A stretch of DNA of 64,000 nucleotides, from assembly GCA_034433305.1 (NCBI GenBank), contig DAOUAM010000089.1:3466-67465 (forward strand), written 5' to 3'. The stretch is from Dehalococcoidia bacterium (lineage in GTDB: Bacteria > Chloroflexota > Dehalococcoidia > Lucifugimonadales > DAOUAM01). A program made the translations under genes and the position numbers. This document shows positions 34,911 through 44,156 of this stretch, one piece after another; the first letter of the stretch is position 1, and every line of letters begins with the position of its first letter. A model generated the notes under the pieces. It was not told the origin of the DNA. It saw only the letters and a program-made list of their open reading frames with translations, and did no database searches.

Positions 34911-37235
34911 CTACTGCCGCAGACGGTATATGACCACGTCACCCTGCCGGAACACCTCGTCCATGAAGGCCGAGAACTTGTCCAGGCCCTCGACTCCGTA
35001 CTTCTCCCGCTCTCGCGGCCCCACATATACATAGTCTACGTCATACTTCGCCAGCAGGGTTTTCGCCTCCTCCGGGTCCAGGGTCTGATAAATTCGGGCG
35101 ACGTCAGCCTCTCGGCCCTCGAAGGAGGCGCTGGAGCCGCGCCACTGGACCTCATGGCCGGGCCAGTTGAGGATGGTGGGCACCCCCGCGCCCCGAGATA
35201 TGAGGCCCCAGTCGAACCACTCGCCCACGGCCTCCACGATGGCCGAATCAGGCCCGGCGGTGCGGCGCAGGAAGCGTATGGCCTCGTACTCGGCCTGCCT
35301 CGCGCCGGATAGGAAGGCCAGGCCATCGAGGGTGGGGCCCTGGCTGGAGTTCTCGGCCTTGCTGGCCGCTGCGGCGGGCGGGTAGTACAGCGCCCCGGCC
35401 AGCAGTGCCACGAACACGGCGGCCCATAGCGAAGTCCATACCCTGGCCCGCCGGGGCAGCGCCCAGCGCAGCGAGACCCAGTAATAGACTGCGAAGCCAC
35501 CGGCGGCGGACAGCAGCACCCACGCCTGGTAGTACAGCTTGAACACGGTGTTCATACGCTCGCTAGGAGGCCCGAAGCCATCGTTCACGTACATAAGGTC
35601 AGGCCCCATGATGAGCAGCAGGCCCAGAGCAGCCAGCAGCAGCGCGAAAGCCTTGCCGCCGGTATTCTCCTGGTGCCGGACCAGCCACAGTGCACTGTAA
35701 GTGGCGAAGCCGATGAGCAGGCCAAAGGGCAGGACGCGCAGCAGCCTGCCCGCCAGCAGGTCGTTGGTGCCGCCTGTCAGCAGGTGCAGGAACGCCCAGG
35801 CCACAAAAGGCAGAAAGCCCACCGCCAGGCCGATGGCCGAGAGCCTGCGCCAGTCAGGCTTCACTATGGTCTGACAGAAGGCGGCGATGACCATGGGCGC
35901 CACGGCGGCCAGGAGCACTGCCCAGACTATGAACATATGCACCGGCCTGGTCGCGGTCTCCACCGTACCTATCCCCTGTACTCCCGCCCTGAACTGCAGG
36001 TAGTAGGGGAGGAAGAGCAGGCCGGCCAGGGCTATCACCAGCGCGCTGGCCGGCGCCGCCTCCCTGGCCAGCGTCCGGACGTCGCCGTCGCGGTGCCTGT
36101 AGGCGCGCAGCGCCGCCACGCCCACGAACAGCGCCGTGTAGGTAGGCAGGTCCCACATGTTGACGAAGGCCAGCCCGCCCAGGGCCAGTCCAGCCACCGT
36201 CAGGTAAACGTACCTGTGGACGCGCCGCTGTGTGTCCTCTTCTGACCAGAAAAAGTTCAGGCAGATGACCAGGAACAGGATGCCAAAGGGTATGGACATG
36301 ACGTGGGGATGAAGGTCGCCCAGCATGAAGCTGAAGAAGGGGAACTCCTGGATAGTATAGTCCACGCCGGTCTCGCCCTGGAAGGTGTTGATGACGCGGG
36401 TGGCGCGGAACCACCACCAGAACTCCTGGGGCCGCCAGGTCTGGGTGGGCGTCTGGCTGGGGCCGTCCAGGCCGTCAATGCGTACCCAGTCGTAGAGGCC
36501 CTGGGGGCCCATGGCGTTGGCCCGCATGAACTCCAGGACGCCCTCCAGGTTGGCTACCACCACCAGCAGGACAGTCGCCGCGACGCCGGCCACCACCGCG
36601 TAGGGTAGCCTGGCCTGGTCCGCCCGCACCATGTTCCACACCAGGCCGAATATTCCGGCGGCGGCCATGGCCGGGATGAGGGCGAGGGAGAGGTTGTAGG
36701 CCATGCTGGACGTGATGCCAGTAAGCTCGGTAAGGGCGCCCATCATCCAGTAGCCGAAGTAGTAGTAGCTCACCGGCTCGCCCCTCAGCCAGAGGTCCTC
36801 GGGCGCGCCTGCTCGCGACCGCACCGCCGCGTTGAGGAACATCATGTCCATGGGTTCCTCGGTGTGGTCTATGAAGGGGTCATAGGCACGGTACAGGGCC
36901 CAGCCGAGGAAAAAGACCAGGAATACCGCCTCCATCATCAGGACGGTCTTGCCCTCCCGGGCGAAGAAGTCCTTCAGCTCCTGCCTGCGTCGCCAGGCAT
37001 ACCAGCCGGAGAGAGCGCCCATGAGGAGCAGCAGGCCGGCGATGGTGGGCCGCACGCTGGGGATGATGTGCAGCACGCTGAGTATCCAGGTGGTGTACCC
37101 CAGCACCAGGATGCCCAGCGGCCTGGTGACGCAGTACCCCCTGTCCTTGAGGGCTGGGAACAGGGAATACGCCAGAGGGAAAGCCACAAGGCCCACAGCT
37201 TCGGCTGTCAGCAGCCACCAGATGGTGTTGAGCAT
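34911..37235 (-). CDS. DUF2298 / Chlor_Arch_YYY (TIGR03662) integral membrane protein
   Basis: 774 aa and highly hydrophobic. The signature YYYxG is present (GEPVSYYYFGYWMMG). Confidence 0.8.
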   Translation of the reverse strand: MLNTIWWLLTAEAVGLVAFPLAYSLFPALKDRGYCVTRPLGILVLGYTTWILSVLHIIPSVRPTIAGLLLLMGALSGWYAWRRRQELKDFFAREGKTVLMMEAVFLVFFLGWALYRAYDPFIDHTEEPMDMMFLNAAVRSRAGAPEDLWLRGEPVSYYYFGYWMMGALTELTGITSSMAYNLSLALIPAMAAAGIFGLVWNMVRADQARLPYAVVAGVAATVLLVVVANLEGVLEFMRANAMGPQGLYDWVRIDGLDGPSQTPTQTWRPQEFWWWFRATRVINTFQGETGVDYTIQEFPFFSFMLGDLHPHVMSIPFGILFLVICLNFFWSEEDTQRRVHRYVYLTVAGLALGGLAFVNMWDLPTYTALFVGVAALRAYRHRDGDVRTLAREAAPASALVIALAGLLFLPYYLQFRAGVQGIGTVETATRPVHMFIVWAVLLAAVAPMVIAAFCQTIVKPDWRRLSAIGLAVGFLPFVAWAFLHLLTGGTNDLLAGRLLRVLPFGLLIGFATYSALWLVRHQENTGGKAFALLLAALGLLLIMGPDLMYVNDGFGPPSERMNTVFKLYYQAWVLLSAAGGFAVYYWVSLRWALPRRARVWTSLWAAVFVALLAGALYYPPAAAASKAENSSQGPTLDGLAFLSGARQAEYEAIRFLRRTAGPDSAIVEAVGEWFDWGLISRGAGVPTILNWPGHEVQWRGSSASFEGREADVARIYQTLDPEEAKTLLAKYDVDYVYVGPREREKYGVEGLDKFSAFMDEVFRQGDVVIYRLRQ

Positions 37236-37331
37236 TGCTAAGCTATCCGCGCAGGCACAGCCCGCGCCTGGCGTGCCAGGCGCGGGGTCTGTGAAGTGAT
37301 GGAAGGTGCCACGGAGGCATACCGCAGCGTC

Positions 37332-38291
37332 CTACTCGGACTCCGGCGACTGGAAGAGGCCCTCGACGAAGTCCCTGGGATCGAAGGGAGCCATGTCGTC
37401 GGGCCGCTCACCGGTGCCGATGTATAGCACAGGCAGCTTCAGCTCATCGGCGATGGCCAGGACGATGCCGCCCTTGGCCGTGCCGTCCAGCTTGGCCAGA
37501 AAGACGCCGTCGCACTTGACCGCGCCCAGGAAGGAGCGGGCCTGGATGAGGCCGTTCTGCCCGGTGGTGGCGTCCAGCGTCAGTATCACCCGCTGGGAGC
37601 TTTCGCTCACCTGGCGGGACAGGACCCGGCGTATCTTCTTCAGCTCTTCCATCAGGTTGAACTTGGTGTGCAGGCGTCCCGCCGTATCTATGATTACTAC
37701 GTCGGCGCCCCGGGACCTGGCTGCCTGAACAGCGTCGTAGGCGACGGCGCCCGGGTCGGCGCCCTGCTTGTGGGCGATGACCTCGGCCCCCAGGCGCTGC
37801 CCCCAGACCTGCAACTGCTCTATGGCCGCTGCCCGGAAGGTGTCCGCCGCGCCCAGCACCACCTGCTTCCCCGACTCCATGTACATTTGGGCCAGCTTGG
37901 CGACGCTGGTGGTCTTGCCGACCCCATTGACGCCCACCATGAGCAGCACCAGCGGAGGCTCCTGGGCATCCATGTCCTGGCCTGTCCCGTCCACGCTGAG
38001 GATGGAGACCATCTCCTCCTTCAGCAGCGTCAGGGCGTCCGCTGGGCTGCTGACGCCCTCTTCCCGGATGCGCTCCCGCAGGCGCTGTAGCAGCTTCTCG
38101 GTGGTGGCGACACCCACGTCCGCCGAGATAAGAAGCTCCTCCAGCTCATCCCATAGCTCATCGTCCAGTCGGGCGCGACGAAAGAGGGTCGTCACGCGGC
38201 CAAACCAGCTCTGCCGGGTCTTTTTGACCGCCTGCTCGGTCTTTTCCCTGTCCTTTTCCCTGTCGCGTCGCCGCAGGAACCCGAACACCAT
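37332..38291 (-). CDS. ftsY: signal recognition particle receptor FtsY
   Basis: LLMVGVNGVGKTTSVAKLA, DTAGRL and the TKLDGTAKGG-like LAKLDGTAKGG. Confidence 0.95.
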   Translation of the reverse strand: MVFGFLRRRDREKDREKTEQAVKKTRQSWFGRVTTLFRRARLDDELWDELEELLISADVGVATTEKLLQRLRERIREEGVSSPADALTLLKEEMVSILSVDGTGQDMDAQEPPLVLLMVGVNGVGKTTSVAKLAQMYMESGKQVVLGAADTFRAAAIEQLQVWGQRLGAEVIAHKQGADPGAVAYDAVQAARSRGADVVIIDTAGRLHTKFNLMEELKKIRRVLSRQVSESSQRVILTLDATTGQNGLIQARSFLGAVKCDGVFLAKLDGTAKGGIVLAIADELKLPVLYIGTGERPDDMAPFDPRDFVEGLFQSPESE

Positions 38292-38981
38292 TGCCGTCCC
38301 ACCTGGTACCAGGCCAGCCTCCAGTACAGCCAGTGCCGCGTCAACTTGCTTCTGATGGCGCGTCTCACCCCGCTCTGCCTTTCCCCATCAAGGGAGAGAG
38401 GCAGTCCCTTTCCCCTCAACTCCGCTCGGGGCAGGCCCTGGGCCTTCGGGCCGAGGGCTTCCGGGGTGGGGGTGAAACGTCTCTTCAGAATTACGTTGAC
38501 ACAGTACTGGTCACCGCCCGCAGACCGTGGCCCCGGTCAGCCCTGGATGTGGGGAGCCAGAGAGGGGCGAGGTCATGCGAGGCGCGCTCAGTGCCTCATT
38601 CACCAGATGCGGCGATGGTATGCGGCCAATATAGGAGAGGGTCTCAGACCCTCCTCAGGGGGACCACCTTGCCCATGCCCTGAAGGCAGGTGGAGCGCAT
38701 ACCACGGGAACTGGCAAATGACGCACTTAGAGCGTAACATGGCCCGTTTGAGGGAACAAGTCTTTGAGGTCGGGTCTTGAGCGGCCAATGTCGTTGCCAC
38801 CAACGCCATGAAGCATGACAATGCCTTGCCGTGCTGTCACACCAGGTCTGGCTGAAAGTGGCGGCAGGGACGTACACTCTTGCCTTGAGGCTACAGCCCA
38901 GGCATGCACGTCACCTCGGCTCCTGGGCACGCAACATGGAACTGACACGTTAGCCCCCTGTTGCGGCAGAGGCGGCAAGGG

Positions 38982-39497
38982 TCAAGTCGCACTGTGGTTC
39001 AGGCGGATAAGGGCCAGCATGCGCTCGTTGGTCAGCGTTTCCGTTATCTGCCGTAGTCTGCGCGAGACAATCCTGGAGAGGGCGGTCATGACCCTGTACC
39101 CTGTTTCGGGGTGCAGCTCAAGAAGCCGCCGCAGCCTGCTGGCTTCGATCTTGATGAGCCTGCTGGGCGCCCAGGATATGCCGGAAAGAGTGTACTTGTA
39201 AGGCTCCACGAGAGCGGACCAGCCGACTATCTCTCTGGGCTTGCACACGGTCACGGTGGTCCGGCGGGCACAGTTGGGGAGGGCCAGCGGCGCCCTCATG
39301 GCCTTTTGCAGCGCCACCTGTCCCTCCGCGATGAGGTACAGGTGCGTGGCCTCACGTCCCTCCACAAAGAGCACCGCATCCTCCGGGAAGATGCACTCGG
39401 CGCACAGAGGGACGACTCTTGCCAGCTCCTCCTCGGGAAGCATTTCGAAAAGCTCGTTCTGATGCAAGAGGTGTAAAAGGCCGCTACCACTCAGCAT
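38982..39497 (-). CDS. cyclic nucleotide-binding domain protein (stand-alone CNB)
   Basis: 171 aa. It contains FPEDAVLFVEGREATHLYLIAEGQV and PREIVGWSALV. I see no HTH. Confidence 0.7.
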   Translation of the reverse strand: MLSGSGLLHLLHQNELFEMLPEEELARVVPLCAECIFPEDAVLFVEGREATHLYLIAEGQVALQKAMRAPLALPNCARRTTVTVCKPREIVGWSALVEPYKYTLSGISWAPSRLIKIEASRLRRLLELHPETGYRVMTALSRIVSRRLRQITETLTNERMLALIRLNHSAT

Positions 39498-39568
39498 GGA
39501 TCACCATCCGTCCGCCGCGCAAGCCTTGCTGGCCGGGCCGTGCTGGAAATGGACTGCACGGAAGGCCG

Positions 39569-40282
39569 CTAAACATTTGCCCAGAACTCGGACTCTCTCA
39601 AAGCTCGTTCGGCGCTTGTAGTCAACTGGGACAGGGTCTTGCGATAGCGCTGCGCCAGGATGTCGGCCACCGAGGCATAGATGCGCATGCCTGTCTCGGG
39701 GTCCTCAGCGCACAGCGCAAGCAGGGAGGCGCGTGGCAACGCCAGCATTCTGGTGGGCGTCATGGCCCTGACTGAAGTGATCAGCGTTCCTATTCCCAGC
39801 ATGGCGGCCAGCGGGAAGGACTCCCTGGGGCCGGCCACGCGCACCGTAATGTCTCCGATGGCGGAGTGGGCAACGATTTCCACCTTGCCGTCCAGGATGA
39901 TGAAGACGTACCTGCCCATCTCGCCGGCACGGCCTATCTCCTGGCCCTCGGGGACTCGCACCAGCCGGCCCAGGGATACCACCTGGTCTAGCTGCTCATC
40001 CGACAGGTCTCTGAGGATGTCCACCGACCGCACCAGGTGCCTGTCCAGGTCTGCCAGAGTGGCATTTGCGGCGGACGCTGGCAGGGGCCAGCCTGACTCG
40101 CTGGCCCAGATGCGGCGGTGTACCCAGTACGCGAACAGGAAGACAAGCAGGAAACCCAGGTTAACAATGGCGGCGTAAGGCCCTATGCCGCCCCAGGTAG
40201 CCATTACCTGTGCCGTTGCCAGCAGGGCAACGCCTGCCGCCAGTACCCACTCTGCCAGTCCGAACCTTTTCCTCGTCCTCAT
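39569..40282 (-). CDS. membrane-anchored cyclic nucleotide-binding domain protein
   Basis: Two N-terminal TM segments, then VPEGQEIGRAGEMGRYVFIILDGKVEIV and a CNB fold. Confidence 0.7.
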   Translation of the reverse strand: MRTRKRFGLAEWVLAAGVALLATAQVMATWGGIGPYAAIVNLGFLLVFLFAYWVHRRIWASESGWPLPASAANATLADLDRHLVRSVDILRDLSDEQLDQVVSLGRLVRVPEGQEIGRAGEMGRYVFIILDGKVEIVAHSAIGDITVRVAGPRESFPLAAMLGIGTLITSVRAMTPTRMLALPRASLLALCAEDPETGMRIYASVADILAQRYRKTLSQLTTSAERALRESEFWANV

Positions 40283-40659
40283 CTGTCTGCCATTGGGAAG
40301 GCCCTGCTACCCGTGGCAAGCCGATGTCCTCAGGCGCCTGGCTAGCGTTCTCAGCCATGGGGCCGGCCTGCCGCGGGCTGCAGGCCCTTTCATTTCCTGG
40401 TGCCAGGGCGCCGGACTTCGCCGGCCCGCAAGGCAGACGTAGCCACTCACCCCAGGCTGGGATGCACATCCGCTCCGGCCAGCCGACGACGTGTGACGGG
40501 TTGCACACGTTCTGCCTCAAAGGGCCAGCAGGCCTTTGGCCCAGGGACAAGCCCTTGCCAGGCAGCGAGGAGGAATGCCAGGGCCTGCCTCTTCGACAGG
40601 CCCCAGGCAGATTACTGGCTTGCCGAAGGGAAGGGGGCGAGTAGGCCCGCCAGACACCG

Positions 40660-41112
40660 TCAGCCCACCACTGCCACTTCCTCGGGCTTGAACACCTTGA
40701 CTTCAATGGGGGCCTTGCGCTGCACGTCCCTGGCTATGCTGCCCTTGATGAGCCGGGCTATGCCCTTGCGGTCGTGGGTGTACATGGCAATCAGGTCCAC
40801 GTTCTCGCGCCGGGCGACGTCCAGGATGCCCTGGGCCACCGAGTCTGCCAGCGTGACCTCGCAGCGGCGCTGGCCGGGAAAGTCGGCCATCTGCCCCGCG
40901 ACACTCTGGAGATAGCTCATGGCTTTGGCCCGCTCCGCCTCTTCCATCTGGCTGCCCAGCAGGACCTGGTTACCTATAGTCTGGGTCCTGAAGGGCTTCA
41001 GAACGTGCAGCAGGACTACTTCCCCATCGGCGGCTATGTCGTTGCGCACCAGGGAAAGCACCCCCTCGGCCTCTCGGGACCTGTCCAGTGGTATCAGGAT
41101 CTTCCGGTACAT
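40660..41112 (-). CDS. universal stress protein (UspA family)
   Basis: MYRKILIPLDRSREAEGVL...DLIAMYTHDRKGIARLIKGSIARDV. Confidence 0.85.
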   Translation of the reverse strand: MYRKILIPLDRSREAEGVLSLVRNDIAADGEVVLLHVLKPFRTQTIGNQVLLGSQMEEAERAKAMSYLQSVAGQMADFPGQRRCEVTLADSVAQGILDVARRENVDLIAMYTHDRKGIARLIKGSIARDVQRKAPIEVKVFKPEEVAVVG

Positions 41113-41675
41113 AGGCTCCCCTCCTTCAGACTGATTTCCACCTCATTGAAAGACAGAAGCCGATGAAGCCGCACATGGCTTCATCGGCTCTTATCAGGCC
41201 TGAAAATCCCCCGCCAGACGGCGTCGCTCTGAAGGTCTGCTTTGTGCCGAGATAGTAACACCACCAGGAAAGCCCAGGTTACAGTTTGTCTATGTACCTA
41301 TCCTTGACTGAGGCAAGCTTAGCCTTTGTTCACGTATTTGTCAACATTGTGCCATATATCACAACCCTTTCCGTAATCCGACGCCCGTTGCCTCGTAAGC
41401 AATAGTCCAAATGAAGGCCGTACCTGGCGGGTTGGGACTAGTCAATTCAGACAAGCCCAAGCTGGCTCGAAGCTGGCAGGAGCAGGGGCCAGTGTCAGGC
41501 TTGCCATTCCTGCCGTACAAGGGCTGATGGGAGGTGCGAGCCTGGGCCGGCACCTCACCCACGAGGTCGGAGCGCGGGGGAAGAGGGGACAATGCCCCGG
41601 CTGGTTGAGGCCGACAGGCCGGCGGACTGCGGCGGGCCTGTGAGGGGATAGACCAAGATTGCGTGGACTGCCAGG

Positions 41676-41706
41676 AAGTCCCCTCCAGGGGCACTGGAGG
41701 GGACTT
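41676..41706 (-). terminator. 12-bp hairpin immediately after the dehydrogenase stop
   Basis: aagtcccctcca-ggggcac-tggaggggactt, 8 nt downstream of the stop at 41714..41716. Confidence 0.5.
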
Positions 41707-41713
41707 GCGCTGC

Positions 41714-42628
41714 TTACTTCCCGCTGATGGTGGTGTGGGCAATCTGCTCGAAGTAGGTGGCAATGCCCGAGTGGTCCCAGTCGCCCTTGCCCTCGTTCAT
41801 CAGGCCGCTGATGACCTGCTGTATGAGGGCGGTGAGGGGCAACGGCACGCCCAGGTCCTTGCCGGTCAGCAGGGCATTGTGAAGGTCCTTCTGGTGGAGC
41901 CGGATGCGGAAGCCGGGCTTGAAGTCGCCCTTGATCATCATGGGGGCCTTGGCGTTCATGACGGCGCTGCCGGCCAGGCCGCCCTTGATGGCGTCGAAGA
42001 CGGTGTTAGGGTCGAGGCCGGCCTTCTTGGCCAGCACGAAGGCCTCGCCCACCGCCGCGATGTTCACGGCAACAATGATCTGGTTGGCCAGCTTGGTGGT
42101 GTTGCCCGCGCCATAAGGGCCGCAGAGCACGATGCTCTTGCCCATGGCCTGCAGGAGTGGCACGTAGCGGTCAAAGACCTCCTTCTTGCCACCTACCATG
42201 ATGGCCAGGGTGCCGGCGATGGCACCAGGCTCACCGCCGCTCACCGGCGCATCCAGGAATTCCACTCCCTTGGCCTCGCAGGCCCTGGCTATCTTCTGCG
42301 ATGACGCCGGGGCTATGGAACTCATGTCTATGACCGTGGAGCCTCTGGAAGCGCCCTCCAGCACGCCATTAGCCCCCAGGATGGCGGCCTCCGAGTCCGC
42401 CGAGTCGGGGACCATGGTGATGACTACCGGGTTGCGTTGCGCCACTTCCCTGGATGACGAGGCGGGCTTGGCGCCCTCCAGCACCATCTGCTCCACCGCG
42501 GCACCGTTGATGTCGTATACCGTGACCGTGTAGCCGGCCTTCATCAGGTTGCGTACCATGGGCTTGCCCATGATGCCCAGGCCGATGAAGCCCACGTTCT
42601 TTCCGGGCGCTGTGCGTTGTCCGACCAC
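41714..42628 (-). CDS. NAD(P)-dependent beta-hydroxyacid dehydrogenase (2-hydroxy-3-oxopropionate reductase / 3-hydroxyisobutyrate dehydrogenase family)
   Basis: GTG at 42628 lies 6 nt after AAGGAG. It contains VGFIGLGIMGKPM, DAPVSGG and GAGNTTKLANQ. Confidence 0.85.
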   Translation of the reverse strand: MVGQRTAPGKNVGFIGLGIMGKPMVRNLMKAGYTVTVYDINGAAVEQMVLEGAKPASSSREVAQRNPVVITMVPDSADSEAAILGANGVLEGASRGSTVIDMSSIAPASSQKIARACEAKGVEFLDAPVSGGEPGAIAGTLAIMVGGKKEVFDRYVPLLQAMGKSIVLCGPYGAGNTTKLANQIIVAVNIAAVGEAFVLAKKAGLDPNTVFDAIKGGLAGSAVMNAKAPMMIKGDFKPGFRIRLHQKDLHNALLTGKDLGVPLPLTALIQQVISGLMNEGKGDWDHSGIATYFEQIAHTTISGK

Positions 42629-42895
42629 TGCCTTCTCCTTTCCTGGCCCCGTGGGTGCCCTGGCCAGAAGCGCCCACGGGAGCACAACAAGCTCTGGTTA
42701 CCGGGGACCACTGCTCATGTTGGCCTGGGCTGGAAGCAGGCCATGATGGCCCTGCCAGGCCGCGCGGGCCGGGTGTCCAGGGTAAGTTCCGGCGGGAAGG
42801 CCACTACCTCAGCCGCGAGGCCCTGGCACTACCCCCGGCCCAACGGAACACATTATTAGGTAACGGCAGGGTACGGTCAAGTGGCGCTACGGGCC

Positions 42896-43195
42896 TCAGG
42901 CCGTGCCGTTGGCAGAGGGCTGGCCGTCCTGGTAGCCCTTCAGGAAGGCCTGGATGGCACGGCTCACCAGGACGGAGCGCTCTGGCTTCTTGCCAGTGTG
43001 GCGGAACTCCTCGCTCTGGAGGTGGTCCAGGGCCAGGATGTCCTCTGGCTCCAGGTAGAAGGTGGCCTTGATGCGCTGGCGCTTGGGCGGCTGGCTGGCC
43101 TGCTGGGCGGCCTCTTCTATCTCCGGGATGCCCTCTTCGGTGCGGCGGAAGATGGTGCTCCTGGCGCGTAGTGTGCGCGGCTTGGGATCAGCCAT
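42896..43195 (-). CDS. 99-aa ribbon-helix-helix-like protein downstream of ParA (putative partition/adaptor protein)
   Basis: ATG at 43195 overlaps the ParA stop by 8 nt. A basic, low-complexity N-terminus is followed by KATFYLEPEDILALDHLQ...RSVLVSRAIQAFL, a strand-helix-helix pattern. Confidence 0.55.
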   Translation of the reverse strand: MADPKPRTLRARSTIFRRTEEGIPEIEEAAQQASQPPKRQRIKATFYLEPEDILALDHLQSEEFRHTGKKPERSVLVSRAIQAFLKGYQDGQPSANGTA

Positions 43196-43943
43196 GGCAA
43201 AGCTCCTCAGCGAGTTGTCGGTAGGCCCTGGCGCCGGCGATGTCCGGGGCGTACTCCAGGATGGTCTGGCCCAGGGCCGTGGCCTCCCGGAAGCGTACAC
43301 TCTCGCCGATGACGGTGCCAAAGACGTGGACGTGGCCGTCAAGCTCGGCCTGGGTCCGCTGGATGACCTCTCTGGAGTGGATGGTGCGCGTGGCCCGCGT
43401 TGGCAGGATGCCCAGCACGGTCAGCGCCGGGTTCAGCTCGGCCCGCATGTCCTCGATGGTCTGGAGCAGCAGGCTCACGCCAAGCATGGAGAAGAACTCG
43501 CAGGCCATGGGTATCAGGACTTTGTCCACGGCGGACAGGGCGTTCACCGTCAGCAGTCCCAGGCTGGGCGGGCAGTCAATGAGGATGACCTGGTAGCGGT
43601 CCTCCACGGCCCGCAGCGCGTTCTTCAGCTTGTCCTCGCGCCGGTTCTTCAGGAACAGCTTGGCCTCCACCGCGGACAGCCGTATGTTGCTGGGGGCAAG
43701 GTCCAGATTGGGGCGGATGTTGTGGATGATGTCCGTGATCTGGGCATCGCCACTCAGGACGGCGGAGATTTCCAGGTCAATATCCTCGGCGGGTATGCCG
43801 AAGCCCTCGGCCAGGTGGCCCTGCGGGTCCATGTCCACCAGCAGGACTCGCTTGCCCATCTCCGACATGGCGTGCCCCAGGGTGATGGCGGTGGTGGTCT
43901 TGGCTACGCCACCCTTCTGGTTGGCAACCGCGATCTTCAGCAT
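43188..43943 (-). CDS. ParA/Soj-family deviant Walker A ATPase
   Basis: MLKIAVANQKGGVAKTTTAITLGHAM..VLLVDMDPQGH. The start is trimmed to ATG 43943. Confidence 0.9.
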   Translation of the reverse strand: MLKIAVANQKGGVAKTTTAITLGHAMSEMGKRVLLVDMDPQGHLAEGFGIPAEDIDLEISAVLSGDAQITDIIHNIRPNLDLAPSNIRLSAVEAKLFLKNRREDKLKNALRAVEDRYQVILIDCPPSLGLLTVNALSAVDKVLIPMACEFFSMLGVSLLLQTIEDMRAELNPALTVLGILPTRATRTIHSREVIQRTQAELDGHVHVFGTVIGESVRFREATALGQTILEYAPDIAGARAYRQLAEELCHG

Positions 43944-44156
43944 TTTCCAGCACCTGAAACCTGCACTGCGCCCCAATGTAGCTATCTCCCCACGAACGGG
44001 TCAAGGCGTCTGGATGTCTTGATGTCTGGGATTTCGGGCGGCTGCACAGCCAGATGGCTGAACGTCTGGACGCCAGGACATCGGGGCGGCGCACAGGGAT
44101 TGACGCAAGCCGGCGCCTCCAGCTAACATGACGGGTACGGCGGGAGGGCAGCGAGC

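Noticed and set aside
38839-38869. ACCAGGUCUGGCUGAAAGUGGCGGCAGGG, superficially reminiscent of SRP RNA domain IV, next to ftsY
   Set aside because: It lacks the GGAA tetraloop context and the conserved AGCA / GGAAGCAG symmetric-loop sequence, and I could not build the flanking helix 5/8 pairing by eye. An Infernal scan would settle it.
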